A stretch of DNA of 63,543 nt from Gemmatimonadota bacterium (GCA_033763675.1 JANRJZ010000178.1:1-63543), one strand, 5' to 3'; shown: positions 35,626 through 45,484, numbered from the stretch's first letter. The notes: generated by a model from the letters alone, not told the origin. Program-made: numbers and translations.

Positions 35626-38600
35626 GCATCGCCGCCGCGGCGGTCCGGCGCCCCGTCACCACCATCGCCGCCACCCTCGCCCTGGTCCTCCTGGGTGCGG
35701 TGTCACTCGGCCGGCTCCCGGTGGCGCTGCTGCCGGATGTGACCCTTCCCGTGCTCACCATCCGCACCATCTACCCCGGCGCCGCCGCCACCGAAGCCAG
35801 CCGCTTCGTGGCCGAGCCGGTGGAAGAAGCCATCGCCGCCACACCGGGGCTGGTGGAAGTGCGCTCGGTGAGCCGCAACGGGGAGGTCACTACCACCGCA
35901 CGGTTTGCCTGGGGCACCGACATGGCGGCCACGGTGCTCGCGGTCCGCGAGCGGCTGGACAACGCCCGCAGCCGGCTCCCCGAGACCGCCGAACGCCCCA
36001 CCCTGCTCACTTCTGATCCGGGGCAGCGGCCGATCGCCGTGTTAGGCGTCTCCGGCACGGGGGAGCTCCGCTCCACCGCGCTGGTGGCGGAGCAGGTACT
36101 CGCCCGCCGGCTGGAGCAATTGGACGGGGTGGCCAGCGTGGCCGTGACCGGCGTGCCGGAGGACGAGATCCGGGTGGAGCTGGACCCGGCCCGGCTCCGC
36201 ACCCTGGGCCTCACCCCCGACGACGTGGTGCAGGCCATCCAGGCCGCCAACGTGAGCGCCCCCGGCGGGACCATCCGCCGGGGCCAGTTCCGCTTCTCGG
36301 TGCGGGCGCTCACCGAGCTGCGGCGGATCGAGGAGTTCGCCGACATACCCGTCGGCCCGTCGGCCCGTCGGTCCAGCGTCCGCCTGCGCGACATCGGCAC
36401 GGTCTCCCTCGCCACGGCGGAGCCGCGCACCCTCACCCGCCTCGACGGCGGGCCCGGCATCGGGCTCGTGGTGTACAAGGACGCCGGCGCCAATACCGTC
36501 GCCGTCACCCGCGACCTCGAGGCCGCGATCGCGCAGCTGGCGCGGGAGTTCCCCGCCTTCTCGCTGCGGCTGGTGGCGGCGCAGGCCCGCTTCGTGAACG
36601 ACGCCCTCTCCAACCTGACCCAGGAGATCGTGATCGGCGGCGCGCTGTCGCTGCTGGTGATCCTGCTCTTCCTCCGCGACTGGCGCAGCGCCCTCGCCAT
36701 CGGGCTGATCGTGCCGCTCTCGGTGCTGGTCTCCCTGACCGCACTCCAGCTCCTCGGCGTCACCATCAACGTCCTCTCCCTCGGCGGCCTGGCCCTGGGC
36801 GTCGGCCTGCTGGTGGACAACGCCATCGTGGTGGCGGAGGCCAGCGGCCGATTGCGGGAGACCGGCATCCCCCGGGCGCAGGCGGCGCGCGACGCCGCGG
36901 ACCAGGTCATGGGGCCGCTGATCGCCGGGACGCTCACCACGGTGCTGGTCTTCGGGCCGATCGTCTTCGTGCGCGGGCTGGCGGCGGCGCTCTTCCGCGA
37001 CCTCTCGCTGGCGGTGGTGACCAGCCTCGCGGACGCGCTGGTGCTGGCGCTGACGCTGATGCCGGTGATGCTGGCGGGGAGGCGGGACGGCTCGGCGGCT
37101 CGGCGACTCGGCGACTCGGCACCGCGGCCGAGCCGTCCAGCCGCCGAGCCGTCGAGCCGTCTCACCGCCTTTGGTCACCGTCTGGCCGAGTCCTACGAAC
37201 GCGGCATGATGTGGTGCCTCGACCACCCGCGCGCCGTCTTCCTCTCCGCCATCGCCGCGACCGCCGTCGCCGTGGTCCTGACCCTGCGCCTGCCGCGGGA
37301 GATCCTGCCCCAGGTGGACGAGGGGGTGGCCATCGCCACGCTGCGGCTGCCGGAGGGCACAGCCATCGAGGAAACCGTCCGTCAGGCCGCGCGCCTGGAG
37401 TCCGCGGCGCGGGAGCTGGGGGCGCAGGGGCTCTACACCCGCGTCGGCTCCGCCACCGACGAGGAGCTGGTGGCCGGGGCCGAGCCGGGGGGCGCCAACT
37501 TCGCGCAGCTGCTGATTCCGGTGCGCACCGGGCTCCCCGCCGCGCGCTTCGCCGAGGCGCTGCGCCAGAAGATCCCCGACCTGGCGCAGGGGTCGCTCGC
37601 CATTGACCTGGCGGGGCAGTCGGAGTTCGGCAGCCTGATCGGCCGCGAGGGGCGGCTCATGCGGGTGGAGGTGAGCGCTCCCACCGTCACCGAGGCTGCG
37701 CGTTTCGCCGACAGCGTGCAGCACGCCCTCCGCGCCATCCCCGAACTCTCCGACGTGCGCGACGCCTACGCCGGTACCCAGCCGGTGGTGGAGCTGGGGC
37801 TCGAACGGGAGCGGCTGGCGCTCCGGGGCATCACGGTGGACCAGGTGGCCAGCGCCATCGCCGGCGGGCTCTCCGGCGTGGAGGCGAGCGAACTGCGCGA
37901 GACCGACCGCCGCACCACCATCCGGGTGCGTTATGCCGGCGCCGCCAGCGAGGACCTGCAGACCGCCCTGGCCGCCACGGTGGACGGCATCCCGGTGGGG
38001 CAGCTCGTGACCGTGAAGGAGGTGCGGGACCCGGTGGAGGTGGTCCGGGTGGACCAGCGTCCGGTGCAGGTGGTGGAGGCGGCGGTGGAGCGGGGCGGCA
38101 CCGCGCGGGCCGTCAGCTCCATCCAGGACGCATTGGGCCGGCTCAAGGCGCCGGCGGGGCTCACCTGGGAGATCGCGGGGGCGGACATCGAGCAGCGCCG
38201 TACCATGCAGGAGCTGACGGTGGTCGCGGTGCTGTCGGTGGCGCTGATGTTCCTGGTGCTCGCCGGGGAGTTCGCCAGCTTCACCACGCCGCTGCTCGTC
38301 ATGCTGACGGTGCCGCTCGCCGGGGTGGGCGGGATCGTGGTGCTCTGGCTCACCGGCCAGAGCCTCAACGCGGTGTCGCTGATCGGCATGGTGGTCATGA
38401 TCGGCCTGGCGGACAACGATGCGGTGGTCAAGCTCGACGCCATCCGCCGGTTCCGTGCCCAGGGCCACTCGGTCCGCGACGCGGTGCTGCTCGGCGGGCG
38501 GCAGCGGCTCCGCGCCATCGCCATGACCTCGCTCACCACGATTGTGGGTGTGCTGCCCCTGGTCTTCGGCTGGGGCAGCGGCGGCGAGCTGTACCAGCCG

Positions 38601-38759
38601 CTCGCGGCCGGGGTCATCGGCGGCTCCATCACCGCGACGCTGGTGACCTTCTTCCTGCTGCCCACCGCCTACGCCATGGTGGAGCAGCGCGCCGAGCGGC
38701 GGGCCGCGGAACTCGTGGTTGGGCCATCGCCCAATCGCCCAATCGCCCAATCGCCGTGA
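35622..38759 (+). CDS. RND efflux permease (AcrB/MdtB-like), first of a tandem pair
   Basis: 1045 aa with 12-TM AcrB architecture: N-terminal AAVRRPVTTIAATLALVLLG, the LGGLALGVGLLVDNAIVV motif, and duplicated halves. GTGA overlap with the adaptor gene. Confidence 0.9.
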   Translation: MSIAAAAVRRPVTTIAATLALVLLGAVSLGRLPVALLPDVTLPVLTIRTIYPGAAATEASRFVAEPVEEAIAATPGLVEVRSVSRNGEVTTTARFAWGTDMAATVLAVRERLDNARSRLPETAERPTLLTSDPGQRPIAVLGVSGTGELRSTALVAEQVLARRLEQLDGVASVAVTGVPEDEIRVELDPARLRTLGLTPDDVVQAIQAANVSAPGGTIRRGQFRFSVRALTELRRIEEFADIPVGPSARRSSVRLRDIGTVSLATAEPRTLTRLDGGPGIGLVVYKDAGANTVAVTRDLEAAIAQLAREFPAFSLRLVAAQARFVNDALSNLTQEIVIGGALSLLVILLFLRDWRSALAIGLIVPLSVLVSLTALQLLGVTINVLSLGGLALGVGLLVDNAIVVAEASGRLRETGIPRAQAARDAADQVMGPLIAGTLTTVLVFGPIVFVRGLAAALFRDLSLAVVTSLADALVLALTLMPVMLAGRRDGSAARRLGDSAPRPSRPAAEPSSRLTAFGHRLAESYERGMMWCLDHPRAVFLSAIAATAVAVVLTLRLPREILPQVDEGVAIATLRLPEGTAIEETVRQAARLESAARELGAQGLYTRVGSATDEELVAGAEPGGANFAQLLIPVRTGLPAARFAEALRQKIPDLAQGSLAIDLAGQSEFGSLIGREGRLMRVEVSAPTVTEAARFADSVQHALRAIPELSDVRDAYAGTQPVVELGLERERLALRGITVDQVASAIAGGLSGVEASELRETDRRTTIRVRYAGAASEDLQTALAATVDGIPVGQLVTVKEVRDPVEVVRVDQRPVQVVEAAVERGGTARAVSSIQDALGRLKAPAGLTWEIAGADIEQRRTMQELTVVAVLSVALMFLVLAGEFASFTTPLLVMLTVPLAGVGGIVVLWLTGQSLNAVSLIGMVVMIGLADNDAVVKLDAIRRFRAQGHSVRDAVLLGGRQRLRAIAMTSLTTIVGVLPLVFGWGSGGELYQPLAAGVIGGSITATLVTFFLLPTAYAMVEQRAERRAAELVVGPSPNRPIAQSP
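37089..37158. repeat. Inverted pair of octamer arrays (4x GGCTCGGC-type, 6-nt spacer, 4x GCCGAGCC-type) inside the RND CDS
   Basis: ggctcggc ggctcggc gactcggc gactcggc accgcg gccgagcc gtccagcc gccgagcc gtcgagcc. It translates as SAARRLGDSAPRPSRPAAEPSSR, in the TM6-TM7 cytoplasmic linker. Confidence 0.9.
38720..38755. repeat. CGCCCAAT octamer array (about 4 units) forming the last codons of RND-1, immediately before the RND-2 start
   Basis: gggccat cgcccaat cgcccaat cgcccaat cgcc, then GTGA (start/stop overlap). It translates as GPSPNRPIAQSP. Confidence 0.9.
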
Positions 38760-41700
38760 TTACCTGGGCCTCCCGCCGCCCCTCCGTCATCTGGGCCACC
38801 GCCGGCGCGCTGCTCCTCGCCGGCTGGATCTCCTTCACCCGGCTGCCCTTCGCCACCCGCCCTACGGTGGAGCTCCCCCGCCTCACCGTCTCGATGAGCT
38901 GGCCCGGCGCCGCCGCCGAGCTGGTGGAGACCTACCTGGGGAGTCCGATCGAGGCCGCGGTGCAGTCGGTGCGTGGGGTCAAGAAGATCGAGAGCGAGTC
39001 GGGGGAGGGGTACACCCGGCTCGACGTGGAGCTGGAACCCACCGCCAACGTGCAGCTCGCGCGGCTCGGCGTGCTGGAGCGGCTGGAGCTGCTCCGCGCC
39101 GAGTTCCCCCCAGGCGCGTCCGGACTCGAGGTGAGCAACTACGTCCCCGAGGGACTGGATGAGGAGCCGCTCATCAGCTACACGGTGTACGGGCCGTACA
39201 CCGCGGGGACGCTGCAGGACCTGGTGGACCGGCTGGTGGAGCCGCGGCTTGCGGCGGTGGAAGGGGTCTCCGGGGTGAGCGCCATGGGCGGCGCGCTGGT
39301 CGGGGTGGCGGTGGCCTACCAGCCGGAGCGGCTGCGGCAGCTCGGTGTGTCTCCCACGGCGCTGCTCACCGCCATGAACGGCGCCCGGGTGGTGGAGGCG
39401 CTGGGCGTGCAGCTGACGGGATCCACCGAGCGGCGGGTGGTGCTCCGGGAGACGCCAACGGGCCTGGAGGACCTGGCGGCGCTGCTGGTGCCGGGGCCGG
39501 GAGGCCGCGTGTACCGGCTGGACGAGCTGGCGACCATCCGGCGCGAGGAAGACAACCAGGGCCGGCTCTATCGAGTGAATGGGGAGTCCGCGGGGCTGCT
39601 GCAGGTGGCGCGGCTTCCCGGTGCCGACGCTATCCGGACCGCCCGGAGCATCCGCGCCACCCTGAACGACCTGGGCGGCCGGCTTCCCGCAGGTGTCCGG
39701 TTCCAGGTGCTCTCGGATGAGAGTCTCCGGCTGGGCGACCAGCTCTCCGACCTGGTGCGGCGCGGGCTCATCGCCTTTGCCGCCGTGCTGCTGGTGCTCG
39801 CGGTGACGCTGCAGGCGCCGCTCGCGGTCACCTATGTCATGGCGAGCGCGGCGGTGGCCATCGCCGGCACCACGCTCGGCCTGTACCTCCTCGGCATTCC
39901 CGCCAATCTGCTCACGCTGGCGGGGCTCAGCATGGGGATCGGTATCCTGGTGCAGAACGGGCTGGTAGTGGTGAACCGGTTCCGCACGGTGCCGGACACC
40001 GCCGAGGCGCGTGCGCTCGCCGGCTGGCGCATCACGCCGGCGGTGCTCGGTTCGACGCTCACCACCGCCGTGGTGCTGCTGCCGTTTCTCTATCTCCAGG
40101 GCGATGCGCGGGCGGCGTTCACCCCCTTCGCGGTGGCCTTCGCGCTGGCGCTGGGGTGGTCGGTCGTCACCTCGGTGGTGATGCTCCCCGCCATCGGCAG
40201 AGGGCACGGGATGCACGTGGTGCGCTGGCGCCGGTCGGAGCGGGCCTATCGCCGGATGGTGATCGGGCTGCTGCGCTGGCGCTGGGTGACGATCGCCGCC
40301 ACCGTGGCGCTCCTCGCCGGACTGGGCTGGGTGTTCGCGGTGAAGGTGCCCAAGTCGAGCTTCAGCGGCTGGTGGGGACAGCGCACCACCCTCTCCGCCC
40401 GGGTGGATTTCCCCAGCGGCTCCGATCCCACCATGGTGGATGCGGCGCTGCGGGAGTTCGAGCGGATCGCGGCGGGGCAGCCGGGGGTGGAGCGGGTGGA
40501 GGCGCAGGGGATGCCGGATGGCGGCTTCGTGCGGGTGGTGTTCGAGGACGACGCGGCCCGGACCGCGCTTCCCTACCAGATGCAGGATGATTTTACCGCC
40601 CGCGCCACCTTCATCGGTGGTGCCTCGGTGAGCGTGGCGGGGTATGGGCCGGGGTTCGCGTCGGGTGGCTCGGTGGGCTCGCTGCAGAGCTTCCGGATCA
40701 AGATCCTGGGCTACTCGTTCGCCGGGGTAGAGCAGCTCGCGCTCGACCTCAAGGCTCGGCTCGAGGGGATCTCGCGGGTGCGCACGGTGGACATCAACGC
40801 CGCCGGCTTCTGGTTCGGCGGGGAGAAGGCGCGGGACGTCACCCTCACCCCGGACCGGGACCGGCTGGCGAGCTTCGGCCTCACCAGCAGCGACTTCGCC
40901 GGCATCGTGGGGCGGGAGGTCGGCGGCGCGGTGGGCCGCCAGCGGCTGCTGCTGGGAGATGAAGATCTCTGGCTCTCCCTCAAGACCCAGGGGAGCCGGG
41001 AGCGGACGCTGGATCAGTTGCGCGAGGCGCTGCTGCCCAATGACGCCAACGCCCCAGTGCGCGTAGGTGATGTGGCGACGGTCTCCGAGCGTGAGGCGCT
41101 CTCCCGTATCAGCCGCGAGGACCAGCAGTACGTGCGGATCCTGAGCTACGACTTCCGCGGGCCCGCCAAGCTCGCCAACCGGACCCACGAGGCCTTCATG
41201 CGCTCGATCAGCGTCCCCGCCGGCTACACCGTGAGCGACGAGTACTTCGGCTGGGTGGACGACCAGAGCCAGAAGGGACTCTGGCTGGTCTTCGCGGTGG
41301 GGCTGGCGCTGGTGCTGCTCACCGTGGCCATGGTCTTCGATTCCGCCTGGGGCGCCGCGATGGTCTTCCTCAGCCTGCCGATCGCGCTGGCCGGCGTGGT
41401 GGTGGCCTTCTGGGCCACCGGCACCGCGTTCACCCGGGAAGCCGCGGTAGGGGTGATCCTGGTGATCGGCCTCGCGGTGAACCAGGCGATCCTGCTGGTG
41501 GATGGCATCCTGGCTCGCCAGGCGGCGACGCCGTTGGCGCGCACGGCCGTGCGCGCCAACGCCATCGTCGCCGCCTGCCGGGACCGGGCCGGCATGATCA
41601 CCCTCGTCACCCTGACCACCCTCGCCAGCCTGATCCCGCTGGCCGTCGGGACCAGCACCACCGACCTCTTCGGCGCCATCGCGCTGGCCACCGCCGGCGG

Positions 41701-41761
41701 CACGGTGGCCGGCACCATCGGCGCGATGTTCCTGCTGCCGCCGATGCTGGTGAGGCGGTAG
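38756..41761 (+). CDS. RND efflux permease (AcrB/MdtC-like), second of the tandem pair
   Basis: 1001 aa with AcrB-family architecture (GLSMGIGILVQNGLVVV, duplicated halves). GTG start overlapping the RND-1 stop. Confidence 0.9.
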   Translation: MITWASRRPSVIWATAGALLLAGWISFTRLPFATRPTVELPRLTVSMSWPGAAAELVETYLGSPIEAAVQSVRGVKKIESESGEGYTRLDVELEPTANVQLARLGVLERLELLRAEFPPGASGLEVSNYVPEGLDEEPLISYTVYGPYTAGTLQDLVDRLVEPRLAAVEGVSGVSAMGGALVGVAVAYQPERLRQLGVSPTALLTAMNGARVVEALGVQLTGSTERRVVLRETPTGLEDLAALLVPGPGGRVYRLDELATIRREEDNQGRLYRVNGESAGLLQVARLPGADAIRTARSIRATLNDLGGRLPAGVRFQVLSDESLRLGDQLSDLVRRGLIAFAAVLLVLAVTLQAPLAVTYVMASAAVAIAGTTLGLYLLGIPANLLTLAGLSMGIGILVQNGLVVVNRFRTVPDTAEARALAGWRITPAVLGSTLTTAVVLLPFLYLQGDARAAFTPFAVAFALALGWSVVTSVVMLPAIGRGHGMHVVRWRRSERAYRRMVIGLLRWRWVTIAATVALLAGLGWVFAVKVPKSSFSGWWGQRTTLSARVDFPSGSDPTMVDAALREFERIAAGQPGVERVEAQGMPDGGFVRVVFEDDAARTALPYQMQDDFTARATFIGGASVSVAGYGPGFASGGSVGSLQSFRIKILGYSFAGVEQLALDLKARLEGISRVRTVDINAAGFWFGGEKARDVTLTPDRDRLASFGLTSSDFAGIVGREVGGAVGRQRLLLGDEDLWLSLKTQGSRERTLDQLREALLPNDANAPVRVGDVATVSEREALSRISREDQQYVRILSYDFRGPAKLANRTHEAFMRSISVPAGYTVSDEYFGWVDDQSQKGLWLVFAVGLALVLLTVAMVFDSAWGAAMVFLSLPIALAGVVVAFWATGTAFTREAAVGVILVIGLAVNQAILLVDGILARQAATPLARTAVRANAIVAACRDRAGMITLVTLTTLASLIPLAVGTSTTDLFGAIALATAGGTVAGTIGAMFLLPPMLVRR

Positions 41762-41932
41762 GCGGGGAATCGCCTGGCAACTCCGCAGCACCACCTTCGC
41801 GCCATGGACCGGCCTGTGAGTATCATCCGGGCAGCAACCAGTGATGCGGGCACACTGACGGCGAACAGGGATGCGACGATACACATTGCTGACCACACAG
41901 CGAGCGCTCGTGTGCGGGAACCTGGGCGCGGT

Positions 41933-43060
41933 GTGACTCAGAACAGGCTCGTCGGGATCCTGGGATCCGTGGGGCTTCTGGCCGGCTGCTCTTCAGATCT
42001 GACTGACCGCGCCCGAGCGTTGACGAGCGACCCCCACGTCCACCCCAACCCCGCCTACGTGGACCAGTCGCTCAAGCCTGCCTGGTCGGTAGGCATGGGC
42101 GACCCACCCGTCATCCTTGGATTCTCGCTGGGGCGGACCCTGGCCCCGCGCGGGGACGTCGAGGGAGTCGGGGATGATTCCATCGGCCGGATCGCCGACG
42201 GGCTCATCCTCCCTGCCGGCGAGATCCTCCTTGTAGATGATGCTCTGCAGGTGCTTTGGCGGTATGGCCCGGACGGTGCCCAACGACAACTCATCGGCCG
42301 TCCCGGACAGGGCCCCGGCGAGTTTCGAGGTCCACGATCCGCCACGATGGTGCGGGGCGCCCTGGCCGTCCTCGACGCCGGGATCGGCCTGCAGTTCTTC
42401 GTCCCCGCCGGGGATGGATTCACGTTCTCGAGAGGGGTCCGTCTCACGCTCGAAGCGGATGACCTCTGTGTCCTAGATTCAGCGCTGGTGGTGCAGGGAA
42501 CTGCTGCAGGTCTTCCTATCCTTCACCTCTTCTCGCAGCAGGGCGAATTGAACCGCTCCTTCGGTCAGATCTACAACTCCCCAAATATCAGCATTAACGA
42601 GGCCATCGGAAGCACCGGTCGCCTGGTGTGTGACGGCGACAACAAGCTGGTGATCTATGCACCGCGAGGCGCCCTGGGAGAGGTCCGTGCCTACCGGACT
42701 GACGGCACACCCGTGTGGCGCACCATCTTTGCCAACTTCAGGGCGAACCGTATGGAGGACCATCCGGGAGGCTGGAGGGTCACGGTCTCCCCAGATGGTG
42801 TCCACAGCCTCCATGCACTCACCGCTATCCCTGGACGGGGGCTGCTGGTCCAGTGGACCTACCGTACCTATGACGAGATCGTGGCCCGCGCCTCTTACGG
42901 CACCATCCTGAGCTACCTGCTGAATCCGGTGACGGGTGAGCCGATCGGGCCCGATACGACCCTTCCCCCAATCCTCGCGGCGACCGACTCGACCGTGCTC
43001 GTCGCCTATGAGGATCCTGAGCCTCGCTTCGAGGTTCGCGCCCTGCTGCCGCGGCGGTAA
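41933..43060 (+). CDS. Beta-propeller-like lipoprotein (copy 6)
   Basis: The GTG at 41933 gives VTQNRLVGILGSVGLLAGC (lipobox). GRPGQGPGEF motif. The C-terminal ~60 aa are nearly identical at protein level to copy 8. Confidence 0.7.
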   Translation: MTQNRLVGILGSVGLLAGCSSDLTDRARALTSDPHVHPNPAYVDQSLKPAWSVGMGDPPVILGFSLGRTLAPRGDVEGVGDDSIGRIADGLILPAGEILLVDDALQVLWRYGPDGAQRQLIGRPGQGPGEFRGPRSATMVRGALAVLDAGIGLQFFVPAGDGFTFSRGVRLTLEADDLCVLDSALVVQGTAAGLPILHLFSQQGELNRSFGQIYNSPNISINEAIGSTGRLVCDGDNKLVIYAPRGALGEVRAYRTDGTPVWRTIFANFRANRMEDHPGGWRVTVSPDGVHSLHALTAIPGRGLLVQWTYRTYDEIVARASYGTILSYLLNPVTGEPIGPDTTLPPILAATDSTVLVAYEDPEPRFEVRALLPRR

Positions 43061-43081
43061 AGGCGGAAACTCGCCGTGATC

Positions 43082-43186
43082 GCCGTCGGGCTCCTGCGGC
43101 GCCCTCGCGCTGGCCCCCGCGGCGGCACCGTGGCCGGCACCATCGGTGCGATGTTCCTGCTGCCGCCGATGCTGGTAAGGCGGTAG
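43082..43186 (+). pseudogene. Degenerate copy of the last ~100 nt of the RND-2 gene (includes its stop codon)
   Basis: Aligns by eye with 41642-41761 (gccgtcggg ... ggccggcaccatcggtgcgatgttcctgctgccgccgatgctggtaaggcggtag), with a few substitutions and a short deletion. Confidence 0.8.
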
Positions 43187-43236
43187 GGCGGGAAGGGCGG
43201 TAGGGGGCAGTAAGGAGCTGTAAGGGTGAGTGGTTA
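43174..43236. repeat. G-rich 8-nt periodic array (GGCGGTAG / GGCGGGAA / GGGGCAGTAA... family)
   Basis: ggtaaggc ggtagggc gggaaggg cggtaggg ggcagtaa ggagctgt aagggtga. The same arrangement occurs at 45663-45722. Confidence 0.7.
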
Positions 43237-43408
43237 GTCGGCTTGCGCCCAAACCCAAGTCAGGGCTGCTGTACGAATCTTGGCACTCGTGACAACATGG
43301 CGGGGGGTGATCCTAACTTCTAACTTGCTGGTGGCTAGCAACTCTGATTTTACTGGCTCAAGGCTCCCTGACTCGAAGGCCGCTCGCGGCGCCACCGGGG
43401 AGGTAGGG

Positions 43409-44014
43409 ATGCCCCTGCTCAAGTCTCTGGCCCGGCTCGTCGGGTTCCTGCTGCTCGGCTCCGCGTCCTTCGCCATTGCCCACACCCTTGCCAGCGACGC
43501 TCGGGCGCAGCGAGTCGCAGCGACGCGGCATGCTGATTCCCTCGCAACGCGCGATGGTCCGAGCCTCCTCGTTGTCTACATTGGCTCGTCGCGGTGCCCG
43601 TGGTGCCGGGATCCGAAGCTCCCGGGTCTCCTGGAGGCAGTCCATGGATGGGCGATGGCCTACGCCGAGTCTCATGGCATGGGTTATCGCATGGTAGGTC
43701 TGGCGGTTGACCGGCAGGCAGAGTCGGGGCTTGACCACCTTCGCCGAGTCGGGCCGATGTTCAGGGAGGTATCAAGTGGAGGGGAGTGGCAGGGGCTTGC
43801 TGTAGGACCCCTCTTCTCGGGCGCTGGTGCCTCCCGGCCGGGGACGCCACAAGTTCTTGTGATGGCAAGGGATATCCGGCGGGTGGAGTCGGATAGCGGT
43901 CCCAGCACCATTGAGATAACCGGGCAGCGTGTCCTGTTGCGCCTTGCGGGCCTGGACGAATTAGAGCGCTGGGTGCAGGTGAACGCCAAGCCGCGAACGG
44001 GCCGTACGATGTAG
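43409..44014 (+). CDS. Membrane-anchored thioredoxin-fold-like protein with a CPWC motif, module B copy 1
   Basis: 201 aa. N-terminal anchor LARLVGFLLLGSASFAIA. LLVVYIGSSRCPWCRD resembles a Trx-fold CxxC active site preceded by a beta-strand. GGGGAGG Shine-Dalgarno. Paralog at 45891-46523. Confidence 0.6.
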   Translation: MPLLKSLARLVGFLLLGSASFAIAHTLASDARAQRVAATRHADSLATRDGPSLLVVYIGSSRCPWCRDPKLPGLLEAVHGWAMAYAESHGMGYRMVGLAVDRQAESGLDHLRRVGPMFREVSSGGEWQGLAVGPLFSGAGASRPGTPQVLVMARDIRRVESDSGPSTIEITGQRVLLRLAGLDELERWVQVNAKPRTGRTM

Positions 44015-44099
44015 CGCAGGTCGCAAGGACCGACCGGTCCGGGATGCACCCGGGTGATGCCGTCTATGCAGTTATGCTCAATCATTCAGGAGGTGGACG

Positions 44100-44318
44100 A
44101 TGTGGACCAGACTTGAAATTCCAACGGGCCGTGTAGCGGTTGCGATTGCACTGGTCGGTGCATTGCTCGGAGTCATCGTGGGCGCCAGTCCCGCGCGTGC
44201 GGAGGGGCAATGCCCCAACATGAAGTGTGAGAACAAGCAGTGTCTTCCAGGTGGCAATCGCTGGTGCACGCACCACAGCGGGGAGGATGGCGGCTACTGC
44301 TCCACTACGGCCTGCTGA
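44100..44318 (+). CDS. Secreted 6-Cys mini-protein precursor (72 aa), module B copy 1
   Basis: Strong AGGAGG Shine-Dalgarno 6 nt upstream. Signal-like MWTRLEIPTGRVAVAIALVGALLGVIVGASPARA, then EGQCPNMKCENKQCLPGGNRWCTHHSGEDGGYCSTTAC. The paralog at 46644-46856 has the same Cys spacing. Confidence 0.7.
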   Translation: MWTRLEIPTGRVAVAIALVGALLGVIVGASPARAEGQCPNMKCENKQCLPGGNRWCTHHSGEDGGYCSTTAC

Positions 44319-44359
44319 TCCCCGGGGGTACTGGGGTCGTGACCCGCAACCACGCGCAA

Positions 44360-45484
44360 ATGCATCGCGCTGTGATCGGGCTGGTAGGGCTCGCCACCGC
44401 GCTGACATGTTCGCCGGTGCCCGACGGCGGGGAGAGTCGACCCGGGGGGACGGCCGTCCTGCACCACCCCGAGGCTCGTTGGGTGGATACCTCGATTGGA
44501 GTGGGTTTCACGATTCCCCTGGATGCTCCGGGCGATCCGGGAGCCCTCCGACTTGGTGCAGGTGCTCAGGGAGGGTGGGGCACTGAGGCCGACGCCCCGG
44601 AGCACGCAATCGGCCGGATTTACAAGGTGCTCCTCCTGCCAGATCGAGGCGTGGTCATAGTGGATGATCGGTCACAGGTCGTCCGCGTGTATGCCTCTTC
44701 GGGGAGACCACAACAAGTCGTCGGTCGCGCGGGTCAGGGCCCTGGGGAGTTCCGCCGACCCCTCTCCGCCGCTATCGATGGAATGGGTCGTCTCTACGTG
44801 TCGGATACCAATCGGCGCATTCAAGTGTTTGTACCCTCCGGAGGGGAGTATCACTACGAGCGGACACTGACCCTGGAGGTGGAGGCCCAGGACATGTGCT
44901 TCCTCGGAGATAATCTCGTTGTGCAGGGCTTGTCGCTCGCTCGGCAGGCTCTCATCCATATCTTCGACGAGGACGGGAAGCTGGTCCGGTCATTCGGTGC
45001 ACTCTACCGTTCACCCAGCCCCGACATGAACGAGGAGTTCGGTCTGGGTCGTATCTCATGTGACGGGAAACGAGGCCTCATCTACTATGCCCCCCGAATC
45101 GGGATCGGAGAGGTTCGTGCGTTCGAGGCCAGTGGCACACCGAGCTGGCGCACCGCGTTCTCGGGTTTCCGCTCCAATCCGTGGGTTTCCGAGAACCGGA
45201 CCCTCACCACCCGGCTCTCTCGTAACGGGAATCACACCCTGATTACCCTCGTGCTCGTGGAAGGGCATGGGCTCCTGGTCCAGTGGACCTTTCGAACCTG
45301 GCAGCAATTGATGGACGAGGACAGTTTCGGCTCCACGGTAAGCTTCCTGCTAGATCCCGCCACGGGGGAGCCTCTGGCACTGGGTAACGGCCTTCCGCTC
45401 ATACCGGCCATCGGTGCCGCACGAGCGGTTGCGGTGTACGAAGATCCGGTCCCCCGCTTCGAGCTCCGGGCAATGCTGCCATAG
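44360..45484 (+). CDS. Beta-propeller-like lipoprotein (copy 7), module B copy 1
   Basis: I chose the start at MHRAVIGLVGLATALTC (lipobox). The track ORF starts at 44240, overlapping the peptide gene, and that extension is probably not translated. GRAGQGPGEF motif. Confidence 0.68.
   Translation: MHRAVIGLVGLATALTCSPVPDGGESRPGGTAVLHHPEARWVDTSIGVGFTIPLDAPGDPGALRLGAGAQGGWGTEADAPEHAIGRIYKVLLLPDRGVVIVDDRSQVVRVYASSGRPQQVVGRAGQGPGEFRRPLSAAIDGMGRLYVSDTNRRIQVFVPSGGEYHYERTLTLEVEAQDMCFLGDNLVVQGLSLARQALIHIFDEDGKLVRSFGALYRSPSPDMNEEFGLGRISCDGKRGLIYYAPRIGIGEVRAFEASGTPSWRTAFSGFRSNPWVSENRTLTTRLSRNGNHTLITLVLVEGHGLLVQWTFRTWQQLMDEDSFGSTVSFLLDPATGEPLALGNGLPLIPAIGAARAVAVYEDPVPRFELRAMLP

Noticed and set aside
36042-41896. 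902-aa and 1075-aa minus-strand ORFs antisense to the two RND permeases. Similar ORFs lie at 50961-53000, 53193-54401, 58431-61118, 61522-63105 and 16666-18957.
   Set aside because: All are antisense to genes with unambiguous family signatures (AcrB, GyrA, GGDEF, CocE/NonD). The translations are Arg/Gly/His/Asp-rich without motifs.
44240-44359. Upstream extension of propeller copy 7 overlapping the peptide gene by about 80 nt
   Set aside because: The extension lacks signal features, whereas the internal Met at 44360 starts a canonical lipoprotein signal. The overlap with a well-supported small gene is unlikely to be real. A GTG start at about 44333-44336 cannot be excluded.
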